NCBI GenBank assembly: GCA_031835245.2
Contig: JAVKOQ020000002.1
Location: 434,001-498,000, forward strand
Length of the DNA stretch: 64,000 nt
DNA from: Balamuthia mandrillaris
Lineage: Eukaryota
Direction of reading: 5' to 3'
The notes beneath the pieces are model-generated. The model searched no databases. It saw only the letters and a list, made by a program, of their open reading frames with translations, and was not told the DNA's origin. Numbering within the stretch: the first letter of the stretch is position 1; every line of letters begins with the position of its first letter. Shown piece after piece: positions 41,663 through 53,754 of the stretch. Made by a program: the position numbers and the translations under genes.

Positions 41663-44600
41663 TCATCGATTTCTATCTGTTGCTGCTCGTCTTGCTCTGC
41701 TTTGGGGTTGATGGTGTTGAGTTCGGGAAGTTGAAGCAGAACGTGTTGTTGCTGTTGCTGTTGGTATGATGAAAGGAGCTGAAGAAGTATACGGAGAAGT
41801 AGAAGCATCAAAAGCAACAGCCGATGAAGCAGAAGAAGAGCGAACGGGATGGTGTTTAGGGCGCGAATGGGGTTGGGTTTGTAGTTGTGGTTGCGACTGA
41901 GGCGGAGGAAACGGGAAAGGAGAAGCATGTTGTTGATCACTTGGTTGGCGCCTACTGGCCGAAGAAGAAGCAGAAGGAGAAGGAGGAACAGATCCTCTTC
42001 CTCCTCGTCCATTGTCTCCGCTCACCGCCATCTTACTGTTGTTACTCTTCTTTTGAGTTGTTGTCCCCTGGTTGGGAAGCTTGTTCTTTTTGGAGAGCAT
42101 GTTCTGCATCATCTCTTGCATCTGCTTCACTTTGTTTTCCAGGTTGAACTGACGCAGGCGGCGAGCCTCCAATAGCTCCGATGTGAACTGCTCTCTTTCT
42201 AATTGACGCAGCGCATTTTTCGAGTCGGATGCGATTTGTTGGGAGGAGGAAGACGCGGGATAAGCATAAGGAGAGAAAGCATGGGCAGGAGGAGGAGCGC
42301 TACGACTGTTTCTCTCGTTTCGCTCTAAAGTAGAGGCAGTGGAAGAAGAGGATAAAGAAGATGGTCGAGGGAAGAAGGGAGTTCCTCCATCGTAGTAGTA
42401 ACCAGGTCCTGGCGGATCCGAGGACGATGAAGAAGGAGAGTAGAACCGGAAATCCTCGAGAGGAGGAGATGGCGCTCGCTGTTGTGGTTGCTGTTGTTGT
42501 GGATACAAGAGAGAAGTGGATGGTAGAAAAGGAAGGCGATGTTGCTGTAGTTGTTGTTGCTGCTGTTGTTGTGGTGGAATAGAAAGACCGTCATCGGTGG
42601 AAGCAGGATAGAATTGTGGAGAAAAGTCCCCACCTCTGTCACCAACAACCACATCACCTGCAAACAAGTTGGGATCTGCTTCTTCCAGAAAGAGGGATGG
42701 AGGCGATGAAAATGTAACCTGTGAAGAGGAAGAAGCAGGAGATGAAACCGAACTTTTCCTTGAGTGTGCACCTCGGTCCCTCCATTCGGGGGCAAACAAA
42801 GAAGGAGGAAACGATAGCTCATCTTCCAATGACTCGTTGCCAGTGGTTCTTCTCGTTGTGGTTGTTGCCGACGCTGAGATGGATGGATTAACGTCACCCC
42901 ATGCCATGCTAGCAACATCCCAGCTTCCTATTATGCCCTCCCTACTATTCATCTCGCCTTCATTTCGATCCTGTTGCAATAGCCATTCTTCCATCATGGC
43001 AATACTACCCTCTCCTATTTCTCCTCCTGTTGCTGTTCCGGTAGCCTCCGCTAAGGCTAATACTTCCTCCTCTTCCTCTACGTGGTGCTTTGCCAATTCT
43101 TCGGCTGTGCTTGGATGTTGAGAGTTTCCTCCCAGCATTGACAACCATGAGCTGTTGGCTTCTTCGTCTGTGTTGTGGTAGGTAGGAGAGGATTGAGGAG
43201 AAGAAGTAGCTTCCGTAAGGTGATGATGGTGTTGCCGGTGTTGGCCCACGGAAATGGTTGCGTGTGGTGAAGATTGATGTTGAGTCTGTGGCTGAGGCCG
43301 TGGAGGAATATTTATAGGGGATGAAAAAGAAGCCGAGGGAGAAGAAGCAGCTGGAGAAGATGCAACAGAAGAATAAGAGGTAGAAGTAAAATTGCTGCTG
43401 TTACCGACAAGTGCAGTGGCCAACAATGTTCCCTCTTGTTGATTGGTGCTCGTATAGTTGGGATGTGCCCACATAGCAACTTCAAAGCGTTTTTGTACAC
43501 TTTTGATGACTGGCATAACGCGTGCCAATGGGCTCAACGCCTATTATAAACGACAAAAGCACATAATCAACATACGAAGGACTGTCTAGTTACTAGTTAC
43601 AAAACAAGGATAAAATAAAGAGATAATACCTCTATTTGGGTGGCCAAGAGGTCCACTCTGCCCAGTTGTAAAAGAATATTCATCACTATCACACAGGACG
43701 ATGACACGTTCGCGATGATGTAAGCAAAGTTGGGATGAAGAGTAGCTGATAAGAACCGAAGAGCCCACTTTAGGGCTGCAGAGCAAATAACGTAGAAAAT
43801 ATTAACAGTAGGAATAAAATGGGACATGAGAAAACGAACCTTCAGCTTTATCTCCAAGACACCAATAGCAATCAGCACGTAGAGCGTAAATATAAAGCTC
43901 AGCAAATAAATCCATGGTGAAAGGAATGGCCTGAAGCTGAGGATTAGCCGCATGCCTCTCCAGCTCTTCTGCCATCGTGTCTAGAGCGGAAAGAAAGCGG
44001 TAGATCTCCTCTCCTTGTTGTTCAGTTGTCCCTCCTTGGCTTGGCTGTTGGTCGTGCTGTTGTGGAGAGCCTGTTGTGATTGGGACAATGTTATCACGAA
44101 TACCCAGTTTGTGTGCTTTATACATGGTTAGACCTGCGCTGATGTTGGCCACCAATGCGGCAACTGGAGGTAGCGTTGCATGGAAGAGAAATAAGAAATT
44201 GAATCGTTAAACGGAGCAAAAGAGTAGCAACGTACGTAAAGACAAAAAGTGAAGATTATCAAGGCAAACTGGAAGGCTCTCGATCACGGCACGGTCTCCT
44301 GCCTCCGTTCCCTGAAGTGAAGAGCAAGGAGAGGAAGAAGGTGACACCGTCATGGAAGATGCACGAGAACGTCGAGGGGAGGATTTGGAACTGCTGTTCC
44401 GCCGGGTGCTAGGTTCGTGGGAACGTCGTTTGTGACGTCGGGAAGTTGCTAGTTTGTTCCATTCCTCTTGCATTTTTTGAGTAGGCGATGAGGAAGGTAA
44501 AGGTGAAGAGGGAGGAGAGGAAGGAGGAGAGGAAGAGGAAGAAATAGGAGAAGCTGTAGAGCTCTTTGAAATCTAAACAAGAATAATAAAGACTCTCATT

Positions 44601-47600
44601 AGTAAATCAAAAAATAATAATAAGAAAGACGACACAAACCTGGACAATATGATAATAAGGTAACTTCTTGGCTCTCTTCAATTGCTTTTGTAAGTGCTTT
44701 ATATCCCAATAGGTCATCGCCGGATGGGACGCCATGGTGTATAGACACCGATTGAAGGCATCGCTATTAAGAGCTCCAATTGCATAACATATGTTCATCG
44801 CCATGGAGATATAGAGAGCACTAAGGTTGTTGTCCAAAAGGACGTATGTGGCATGGAAGGACATCGCCACCAACGACAACGCAATCGAATAATCCAACAG
44901 GTGAGCATCTTGGGTCTCTGTAAGTTCATGAAGGATGGTCTTTGCTCTTTCAAAGAATTGAGCAGAAAGATCCATGAAGCCTTGCAACATGCTCCCTAAA
45001 CAGTAAAAGTCGAGTAAGAAATAGAAATAGAAGCCACTGTTGAAAGAAGAGTACCAGAAGCGAGACACATGTAGGTGCTTAGGGCAAGGGCGCTTCGTTC
45101 GCTGGCGCCATCATCCGTTGTGAGGAGATAACGAACATTTCGTTCGTCGAAGGAAGCAGGGTGCAACGGCCGAAACACAAAGATGCAGCGCTTGTAGAGA
45201 TCCAAGCTGTGCAGAGATATCGAAATGACATGAAGATGTGAGTCCTCGTTCCAAATGCCGGATATGGTGAAGGACCTCTTTCGCGGGGGCATTTCCCCTT
45301 CTTCTAGGTCCGTTCGTTCAGTAGCTCTTGTATCTTCGTCTTCTCCTGCTGAGTAAGAAACTGACCATCGTCCGTAGCGCTTTCGGTGGTGTCGTGAACT
45401 CATTATGCTGTCTGAATTTTCCCTTCCCCGTTTGGGTAGTTCGATTACATCGTCGTCATCTTCGTCTTTTGCTTTTTCTGCTGCTAAACTTGCGCTTCCT
45501 TCTTCTGCTTTGTTGCGTTTTCTTTTGCCTACTCGTCCATGATCGCTAGGAATAGCAGAAGAGAAAGATGGACTTGTCATTTCTCGTTTAGCGCCTTTAA
45601 GAGCTCTGTTTTGGAAATATCCCGCTTCTTCACCTTCTTCTACTTTTCCTCCCCCTATAGCCTCTTCTTCAATGTTAGCTGTAGTTCTTTTCCTAGTATG
45701 CTTGATAAATTGTAGGCCAGACCCTACATCAGAAAACGCATCAATAGGCTTAGTACTTGTGGCTTTCGTTGAGGAGGAAGAAGATGATGTAGGGGATGAT
45801 GAGGATATAGATGCTGAAGTTGAGGAAGATGAAGAAGGCGAGGAGGGTGGTGAAGCTTTGTTTGATGAAGCGGGAAGAGGAGAAGCGGATATTTCGGACG
45901 TGTAGGATAGTGTTGTAGTCGAAGGGAAAGAAGAAGAAGCTTCGGGGGAGAGTAAGTTAGAGATCATTAATTGCACTTCGTCCATTTCCTTATCTCCTGA
46001 GTCTGTACCGGAAGGAGCAAAAGAGCTTTGTGATGGCGGATGAAGCTTTATAATTGGTTGCGAGGCAGAGCGAGTGTGCATCGAAGGTCTGCTTGGCTGT
46101 CGTTTGCGTAGTTGTTGCTGCTGCTGTTTCTGCTTTTGTTTTTGCTGCGCTGAAACTGCTGGCCGAGGAGGAGGGATACCAGGAGGTGGAGAGAGTGATC
46201 GCACCTTAGGAGAAGTGGCACTTGGGAAACGTTGAGGAGAGGGATGTACCACAGGGCTCAAGAAGGGGCTAGAAGCAGAGGAAGAAGGCAGAGAAGAGGA
46301 AAGAAAATCAGTGGAAGGGCTGTTCAGTTGTTGTTGAATTGCCTTTGTACTGCGAGGACTCGTTACATAGGGAATGCTGTCTGCTGACGCTGAAGAAGGA
46401 AGTGGTGCACGCGGCAATTGTTGCTCAAGAGAAGGAACTGCGTGGTTATTTTTTGTTATAACAACAGGCGTAGACGAAGAGGAAGCGGATCGCGGCGAAG
46501 GACGGCCACCAGTGCGCGCTGCTGCATGTGTAGCCGAAGAGGTTGCATAACTAGTTTGCAGTTTCCGTGTGGCGCTTGTTTTCTTAACACCTTGTTTCAC
46601 CAGTAATCCTTGTTGTCTCTTTTTAGCTCTCTCTCCTCCCCCTCGCCCTTCCTCATCACTGCTGCTTGTCGAGTCTTCGGTAGAGAGAAGACTTAGCATG
46701 GCACCGATGTCATGAATGCTACCACCGGCCGCTTCTATCTCTTTTTCCCTCTTTCGTTGCCGTTCGCGCTCCCTTTCTCGTTCGTGCGAGTCGATCGACA
46801 TTTCCTTTTCTCTTCTCATTCTTCGCAGGATTCGTTCTACCTCGTTGTTCAGCTCGTACTGAGCAGCTACAGAGAGGTCTTGGGTTGTTTTGTGGTCTAT
46901 TACTGCTCGTTGTTTCTGAGCCGGTGCAGGAGATGGAGCAGGAAAGGAGACAGAAGAATGGATAGAGGCAGAAGGGAACGAAGAAGTAGGCAAAGCTGGC
47001 AAAGAAGAAGTAGCTGTTGGTGGAAATCTTTTTCGTAGCGATGGAGGTGGAGCCACTGCGCCACTGCCGCTGTTTTGAGGAATGGTAGAAGGCTGGGGCT
47101 GTGTTTGCAGCTTGCGAGTTTGTTCTTTGACGTTTCTGGGGGTCGTCCGTCTTGCCGTTGTTGTGGTAGCAGCGGGTGCTGGTGTAATTGTGGTAGCAGG
47201 AGCCGCAGTAATCACAGAGGTTTGCTTTAGCTTTTGTTGTTGGTGGTTCTGACGGTGAGGTTGTGGTTGCCGTTGTGGCTGTGACTGTGGCTGTGGTTGT
47301 TGTGGTAGTTTTTGGTCAAGATAGCCTACGTCTTGTTCGCTCTGTCGAAGGTAAGGAGGAGGAACGGTGCTATACGAGAACGAGCTGTCAGCGTAGGATG
47401 TATCACTGGGCGGCATAGCACCAGCAACAGCAACTTGATCATAGTCGAAGAAAACTTGCTGCCCCACCTCTTCAGCGGATGGTAGCGACGAGAGTGGGGA
47501 GGAGAGCGATGACGGTGTTGGAGGCACTGACGTTGTGCTCGTTGGTCCTCCGAATGCAAATGATTGATCGTCGTAGTAGAAATGGGGAGTGGTGTTGACA

Positions 47601-48307
47601 GCACGCCGACTGTATTGTGGTTGAGCAAACGAAGTAGAAGACGAGGAGAAGCGATGAGGAGGCGGTGGAGGGACAGAAGGCGGATAAATCTCTCCTCCGC
47701 CGGCGGTGATGTTCTTGTTGGCAACAGCAAACTGTGGCAGCGTGGCTTGATGTTGCTCCTCCTCCTCTTCCTCCTCTTCTGGGGGTGGGTGGAAATATTT
47801 GGGCGCTGGTGCCCCTCTTCCGCTCCCTCTCCCTCTTCCTCTTGACGACGGAAGGCCCACGGCCTCACCTTTGCTTGGTCTTCCTTTGTCCACCGTGGCG
47901 GAGGCAGTCACGGGAGCCGGGAAAGCAGCAGTCGTAGTAGGGTAATAATGATAACTATGCTGCTGCTGTTGCTGCTGCAAAGGCGCGCCCTTGAATTCAG
48001 TAGCGACAGAAGAGGAGGGAGGAAGGAACCCTGGCATCGTGGCAGATTGTAGGGGTTGTGGTGGTTGTTGAGGATAATAGAACGGTTGATGATGTTGAAG
48101 CTGCTGCTGTTGTTGTTGAGAGGAGAAATAGTCGTAGAGGCTGGAGGCAAGGTCGCTTTGGGCCACAAGGTCAAACAAGCCCTCCTCCTCCTCTTGCTCC
48201 TCCTGCAACGCCCCAAGCAGAGGAGGAGGTCGGCTGGTGTTGTGAAAGCCGGGCTCATCCCTTGGATGCTCTCCACCTCCGCCGCCGCTGGTTCGAGGTC
48301 TTCTCAT
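41663..48307 (-). CDS. Large Q/S/P-rich protein with a central helical domain resembling the fungal transcription-factor middle homology region
   Basis: 1103-aa first ORF, internal exons (LDLYKRCIFVFRPL...LSTYMCLASG/SMLQGFMDLSAQFFERAKTILHEL...ALSLVAMSF...SALYISMAMNICYAIG) and a 624-aa terminal ORF, linked by GT-AG introns. Function is inferred. Confidence 0.6.
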
Positions 48308-48880
48308 TGCTTGATTTTTTCAAAAAAAAAAAAAAAAAGGAGGAAAGCAACCCCCCCCCTTTGCCCCCTTTTCCTTCTCCTTCTCTTTTCAACCACAGCG
48401 CTTTGCCTGCAATCACGCCCCAAAACAAACGTGGTGTCCTTTTTATTTGGTGCTCTTCTGTTTGTTTTTTTTTCTCTATCACTATCCAAATCTAAGCCGC
48501 GCCTGCCTAAAATAAATGATGATGAAAAAGTGATTAGATCTGACGGCGGTGATCAGCTCCCTCGTGGATGAGAGTTGAACGGGAACTGCGCCACCTACGC
48601 CACTCGGGGTATGACGACAACCAAAGTTGGACAGGAAAGGAACGCGTAGAAAGAAACGTCAAGCGGTTGCTATGGCGAATCATTCATATCACCATGGTGA
48701 TGATCCGCTCAGTCAACTCCAGTCGTGATCCACTTTGTGATTTTGTTATCAGTGCGTTGGAGATCCTGACCTCCATATACCGTTAAAGAAAATCTGGAGA
48801 GAGGAGTTGTGGATGGTCCGACAAAAGAAAAAAACAGGAGAGAGGGAAACTCCTCCATTGGATTTTTTTTGAATTTCACG

Positions 48881-51347
48881 TTAGTACACGTGAAGCTGCC
48901 CGTTGCAAAAAATGGACATGAGCTTCTCCCGGTTGGGCTCGCTGGTGTCGGGGGTGAAGGTCAGGTCGGTGATGCGCAGCCTCGCCGCTCGCAGTTTGCT
49001 CATGTCCCGCTCAAAGTGGAGCTGCAGCTCCCAGGTAAACCAAAACTTGTCAACTGGTTTGGCCACATTCGTTTCTAGAAGAAGAAGAAGAGAAATACAG
49101 ATATGAGTTACAACCGACGGAAAAGACAGAAAAAAGAAAGAAAGCGAGAATGTTTGCGTTATGCACCCAAAGACGTTTCCTTCCGTGTGTGCGTCACAAT
49201 GACAGCGCTCGGAGTGATCAAGACGTGAACTGTCCAACCGTCCTTTGTCCTCACGTCTTTGGTCATGAGGGTCTTTGTGATGTTTGTCTTTATGAGATAA
49301 GCGCCCGTGAATATGATGTTCTGGTGAATGGTCTTGAAGACTTGGCAGGTTCTTGTGTCCTGCATCCTGGCTCGTTCCACCACGTCCTTCATCAGCAGTT
49401 GAGAGTCCAGGTTGTGGGAGACAGAATCCAGGTCGTCAAATGCACGCTCTATGTCCAGCATCTTCTCCTCTGGGTCCAACTCTTTGGCCACACTCACCGA
49501 GAATCGCTTTAGAGCCTCGAATGTGAGCCTCTTCTGAGCAGCATCGTCAAAGAGGGGAGCAACGTTGTTATTGGAGGAAGTCGTTTTTGATGTGGTCGGG
49601 TTGGGTTTGGAGGAGGAAGGAGAGGAGGAGGGAGAGGTAGAGGGTGATGACGAAAAGGGTGAAGAGGGTAACGATGAGGCAGTTGATGCTTGTGGCTTCC
49701 TAAAAGTCGGCGTTGATGCTATCGCCATGGTGTCCACGTTGGTGACATCTGTTGAGATAGGTGAAAAGCATGCTGAAGGATGAGGAAGGTAGTGAGCAAA
49801 ATCTTCTGGGAGAGAATGATCAGTTGCTTTAGTCCGATACTTCTCTATGGCAGCAAGGAAGGCAGCGCTGTCCTCTCTAGTAAAAAAGGCGAACCCACAA
49901 GGAACCGATTCGTCTGGCGGTATTGATGCCGGTAAGAAAGACGAAAGAAACAAATACGACGAAAGGAAGAACATGCCTTTCAACTGTAGAACAAAGTATC
50001 TGCTACTATCGACCGTAGGCAATAGGTGAGAGGCATCGATGCGCTCAGCAAGCATCCGCTCATCGGCTTGATCATACAAGTATATCTTACAGCGAGCCTT
50101 GTGTGGGTCATACACCAAGCTTACAAGCCCTTTTATGTTCAAATCTCCCCACAGAGAAGCTCTAAAATGGAGCGATTGTTAGAACGAAAAACAAACAAAC
50201 AAACAAACAAGCAACACACAACGACGTACACTGTCCAGTCCTTCCTTTCAATGGGCAACAACTTTGTTGCAGAAACATACCACGTTGTATCCTGGTCAAA
50301 GTAGATCTCTTCAACATCCCCATGTTCCTCTTCTCCTTCTACCTCTGTATCTGGAACGCTTGCCATTGTTCCCTCTGTCGGCTCATTACCTTCCTCTGTT
50401 CTTTCCTTCTCTTTTTGTTGCAATTGTTGTGATTGGTCTTCTTCTCGCTTTATCTCTTTCAGCTTTCTTTCCTTCTCCGAGTCTTCTGTAGGCAAGTCGG
50501 TCAAGTCCCTATGTCTCACCTCCAACGTGAGTCGTGATACCAAACGAGGAAGGTCTTTGTAGACCGGTAACTGCTCCAATGGTCGACGCCAGATCTTGAT
50601 GACTTCCTCCCTCAAGTCCCAATTGCCTGCTCCAGCCTCCAAGTTCAGCGTTCGGGTTGAGGAGAGTGGTTGGGGTTGCTTGCTTTTGCCTCCCATGCGT
50701 AACCGCACTCTTACTTTTCTGTTACTATTCGCCTGTGTTTGTTTGCGTTCTTTCTTTTTCTCTTCTTTGATTGACTTTCTCTTCTCTTTCTTCTCTTCCT
50801 TTTTGGCTAAGCTAACGCTTCGTTGCAATGGATGAAACTTTCGAGAGTTAAACTGCGGGGAAGAAGAAGGTTGTGAAGGTGGAGAGGAGGACAAAGACGT
50901 TGTAAAGGAAGCAGTATTTCTGTTGTTGCTGTTGTTGTAAGAAGAAACAGAGAGTAATGAGTTATGTCTTGGTGGAGGAACGGGCATAGAAGGGCTGGAG
51001 GGTAACGAGGAATGAACAATGGTAGGAATTTGAAGGTGGCCTTGAGGAGGGGAGTTTAATCGTTGTTGCCGAGAATCATCCGAAGGAGGGCCTTTTGGAT
51101 CTTCATCGAGAGAGAGTCCTGCGGAGTAGGAGCGGGCCAAAGGGGAGGAATACCGAGCTTGGGCAGCAGGAGGTACTCGAAGGTTGGTTGAATGGGGGAG
51201 ACTCTGTCGTGGGGATCGACCCCCAACTCCTCCTAGATCAGGGGCGGAGGTTTCGCCGAAAGATGAACTTCTGGTTCTTCCCTCTATCATTGCGAGTGGC
51301 TCATACTCTGGTTTTTTCTTTAAAAGTTCTATTTGTTCGGGACCCAA
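48881..51347 (-). CDS. NECAP-like PH-fold domain protein with an additional C-terminal alpha/beta domain; start uncertain
   Basis: KDW...CKIYLYD...LPTVDSSRYFVLQL...GFAFFTREDSAAF matches the NECAP PHear signature (DSSRYFV, GF..R.D..F). The C-terminal exons end ...FCNGQLHVY* at 48881. Confidence 0.65.
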
Positions 51348-51661
51348 CTTATTGTGACACCTAACTCTCCTCTTGCTTTTGTATGTATTTCAAAAACGTT
51401 GCAGCTGTGGGTGACCTTCTTCTGTCTTGCTTCTTTGTCTTTTTTTCTAACCAAGAATTTAAAAAAAGGTAAATAACGGAAGAGGCGTTGCCTTGTATTA
51501 CCTTACGCATATATGTCGACAAAGTATCCGTGTCGTCATGCAGACTATACAGTAACGTTTTCTTCTCTTCTCTTCCTCCTCTTCCTCTGGGGTTGTGTGC
51601 ATGCAGAAGAACGTTGGTCGAAAGGTGCAGTTCTTAGCTTGTTGTTGGTTGAGATATAATA

Positions 51662-51749
51662 TTACCAGACTTTGTTTGCCTCGAGCAAGTCGAGAATAAT
51701 TGGGAGAGAAGCCAAACTGTGTGTGGATGCGACGGAGAGCGAGAGCAAG

Positions 51750-51780
<31 letters not shown>

Positions 51781-52105
51781 ACAAAAGAAAAGAAAGAGTT
51801 ATAAACAAAACAACAAACCTACATAAAACCAAAAAAATATTCAAAAAGAGGGGGGTGTACCTATGGTCTTTTAAACAGAGAGAAAGCAACAATGATCTTC
51901 TGGCATGCTTTGCACAAATGAGCTCAACGATCCGACGAGCATAGAGCGCAAGCAGGGGTTCGTCTCTTTTGCCAAGCAGCACATCGATGGCATAGTTTGC
52001 TTCCTGCGGTTCTCCACTCATAACGTCGTTCGTCTCTTTTGATGCTGTTATCTTTTTTCATTATTTTTGTTTTGAAAAGAGATCTTAGCGAGAAAACAAA
52101 GAGAG

Positions 52106-52137
<32 letters not shown>

Positions 52138-52391
52138 AGTAGTAACAAACAACAAAAAAGAAAGAGAAGAGAAGCAAAGACAAGAAATACCAGTGTGCCC
52201 AGTTTGCCCAGCTGTGTGATGACAATGAATATGCGGTCAGCAAAAGGGGTGAGGATGAACTCTGTGTGAACGCCATTGATCACTGCCGCGAATTGCTTGG
52301 TGCTGGGCACCGACCGAGACGCAAGCGGCGACTCTTGCCCTCCCGCCGTTTGTTTCTGCATGTTGCTTTTTTGTTCGTCCACTGTCGACAT
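51662..52391 (-). CDS. PSMG3: Proteasome assembly chaperone 3, multi-exon
   Basis: TKQFAAVINGVHTEFILTPFADRIFIVITQLGKLGTL; YAIDVLLGKRDEPLLALYARRI; LLLSLCLKD; C-terminal NKVW. Confidence 0.88.
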
Positions 52392-52689
52392 AATTTGACT
52401 TCTGTGACGACATGAAGGTGATCTTTTTCTCCTTTTCCTTTTCAAATGAATGAAGAGAAATGGCAAGGGAGAAAAGGGCAGCAAAAAAAGTCCGTAGCTT
52501 CCCTGCTACCTTCTGTGAGGAAAATTTAGCGTCGACAAGGACCACTCCCGAACCAAACCGCTGCGCGTTGGCCAGTTTCTCCCCAAAAAAAAAAAAAGAA
52601 AAAATTCCTGAAATTTTTCCAGAACTTTCTGGCAAGCAGAAGAAACAAAAAGCTTCTCCACACTGTCCTGTGAGTGCTGCCGGCAAGAC

Positions 52690-53634
52690 ATGGAGGGCAA
52701 CCAAACAGCGAAACAAAAGTGTGCGGCCAAATGGGGCCTCGTCCCCGATGGTTCCACACAACCGGAAGCGAAACAGGAAGCCGCCTTCGCACGCTACCTG
52801 GCGGAACGGGAGGCAGCAGAACAGAACGCCGACTTTCCCGACCCTCAGCACCTCCGCGATACCGTCGCCTCGTTTCTGGATCTGATCCCCTCCGCCAAGG
52901 ATGCTGCCCAGAGAAAATCGGCGCTCTCCAGGTACTCGGAAGTGGTAGCAGCCCTGAAAGAGGTCCGTGATGCCTACTTTGGAGGCAAGAACGGCAATGG
53001 CCTGCAAGGTCAATGGCTCCCCCTACCAGCACCCTTGGAAGCCGTTGCTTACTGCGCTTATGACACCCAAGAGTCCTTTGGAGGCCACCAGGAGCACGAC
53101 TACGCTGAAACGTCCAGGAGCACGCGTTTCAAGATATTTCACTCCACGAGACCGAGAACCATGGAGCTTACTATGGAGTATTTTTTCAGTGGTTATGGCA
53201 CAGGCAATGACGATACAGAACGTTCACACGTGGCGCTGAGTTCGAGATTCTTTTGGCGCCAGAAGAGCAACAACGAAGAAGAAGAGGAAGAAGAAGAGGA
53301 GGAGAGCATTACCTTGTGGAACAATGAAAGAACAGACTCGCAACACAACACTGAACAGGCCTCCAAGGAAGAAGTGAAAAAAGTCTTGGACTTTTTCTTC
53401 CTTGAAGAAAAGAAGGAAGGAGAGGCAACGGAGGCAACGGTGTGGGACTATCCGGTCGCTGTGGTTGAGTTCTTGAAGCACTTTGTTAGCATTTTGCCGG
53501 AGAGGGACTTGAAGGAACAAATTCGAGAGGATGAGACATTTGCAGAGTACGATGCTGAGATAGAGGCAGAAAGAAGCGGGTCAGACAAAACAAAGGAGGA
53601 AGGAGCGCCGGAGAAGAGGCGGCGAGTCGCATAA
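52690..53634 (+). CDS. Hypothetical protein, 314 aa, single exon
   Basis: Uninterrupted ATG-to-TAA ORF of complex composition; basic C-terminal PEKRRRV (NLS-like); no family recognised. Confidence 0.7.
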   Translation: MEGNQTAKQKCAAKWGLVPDGSTQPEAKQEAAFARYLAEREAAEQNADFPDPQHLRDTVASFLDLIPSAKDAAQRKSALSRYSEVVAALKEVRDAYFGGKNGNGLQGQWLPLPAPLEAVAYCAYDTQESFGGHQEHDYAETSRSTRFKIFHSTRPRTMELTMEYFFSGYGTGNDDTERSHVALSSRFFWRQKSNNEEEEEEEEEESITLWNNERTDSQHNTEQASKEEVKKVLDFFFLEEKKEGEATEATVWDYPVAVVEFLKHFVSILPERDLKEQIREDETFAEYDAEIEAERSGSDKTKEEGAPEKRRRVA

Positions 53635-53754
53635 CCTGCATTACTGTCGACATTGTACACAACGGGTCCAAAATTTGAGAAATAAAGGACCACAAAAATT
53701 GTAAATTTTCACGTCGTCGTGACGCATCTAGGTCTACAAAAAAACCAAAAGGGA

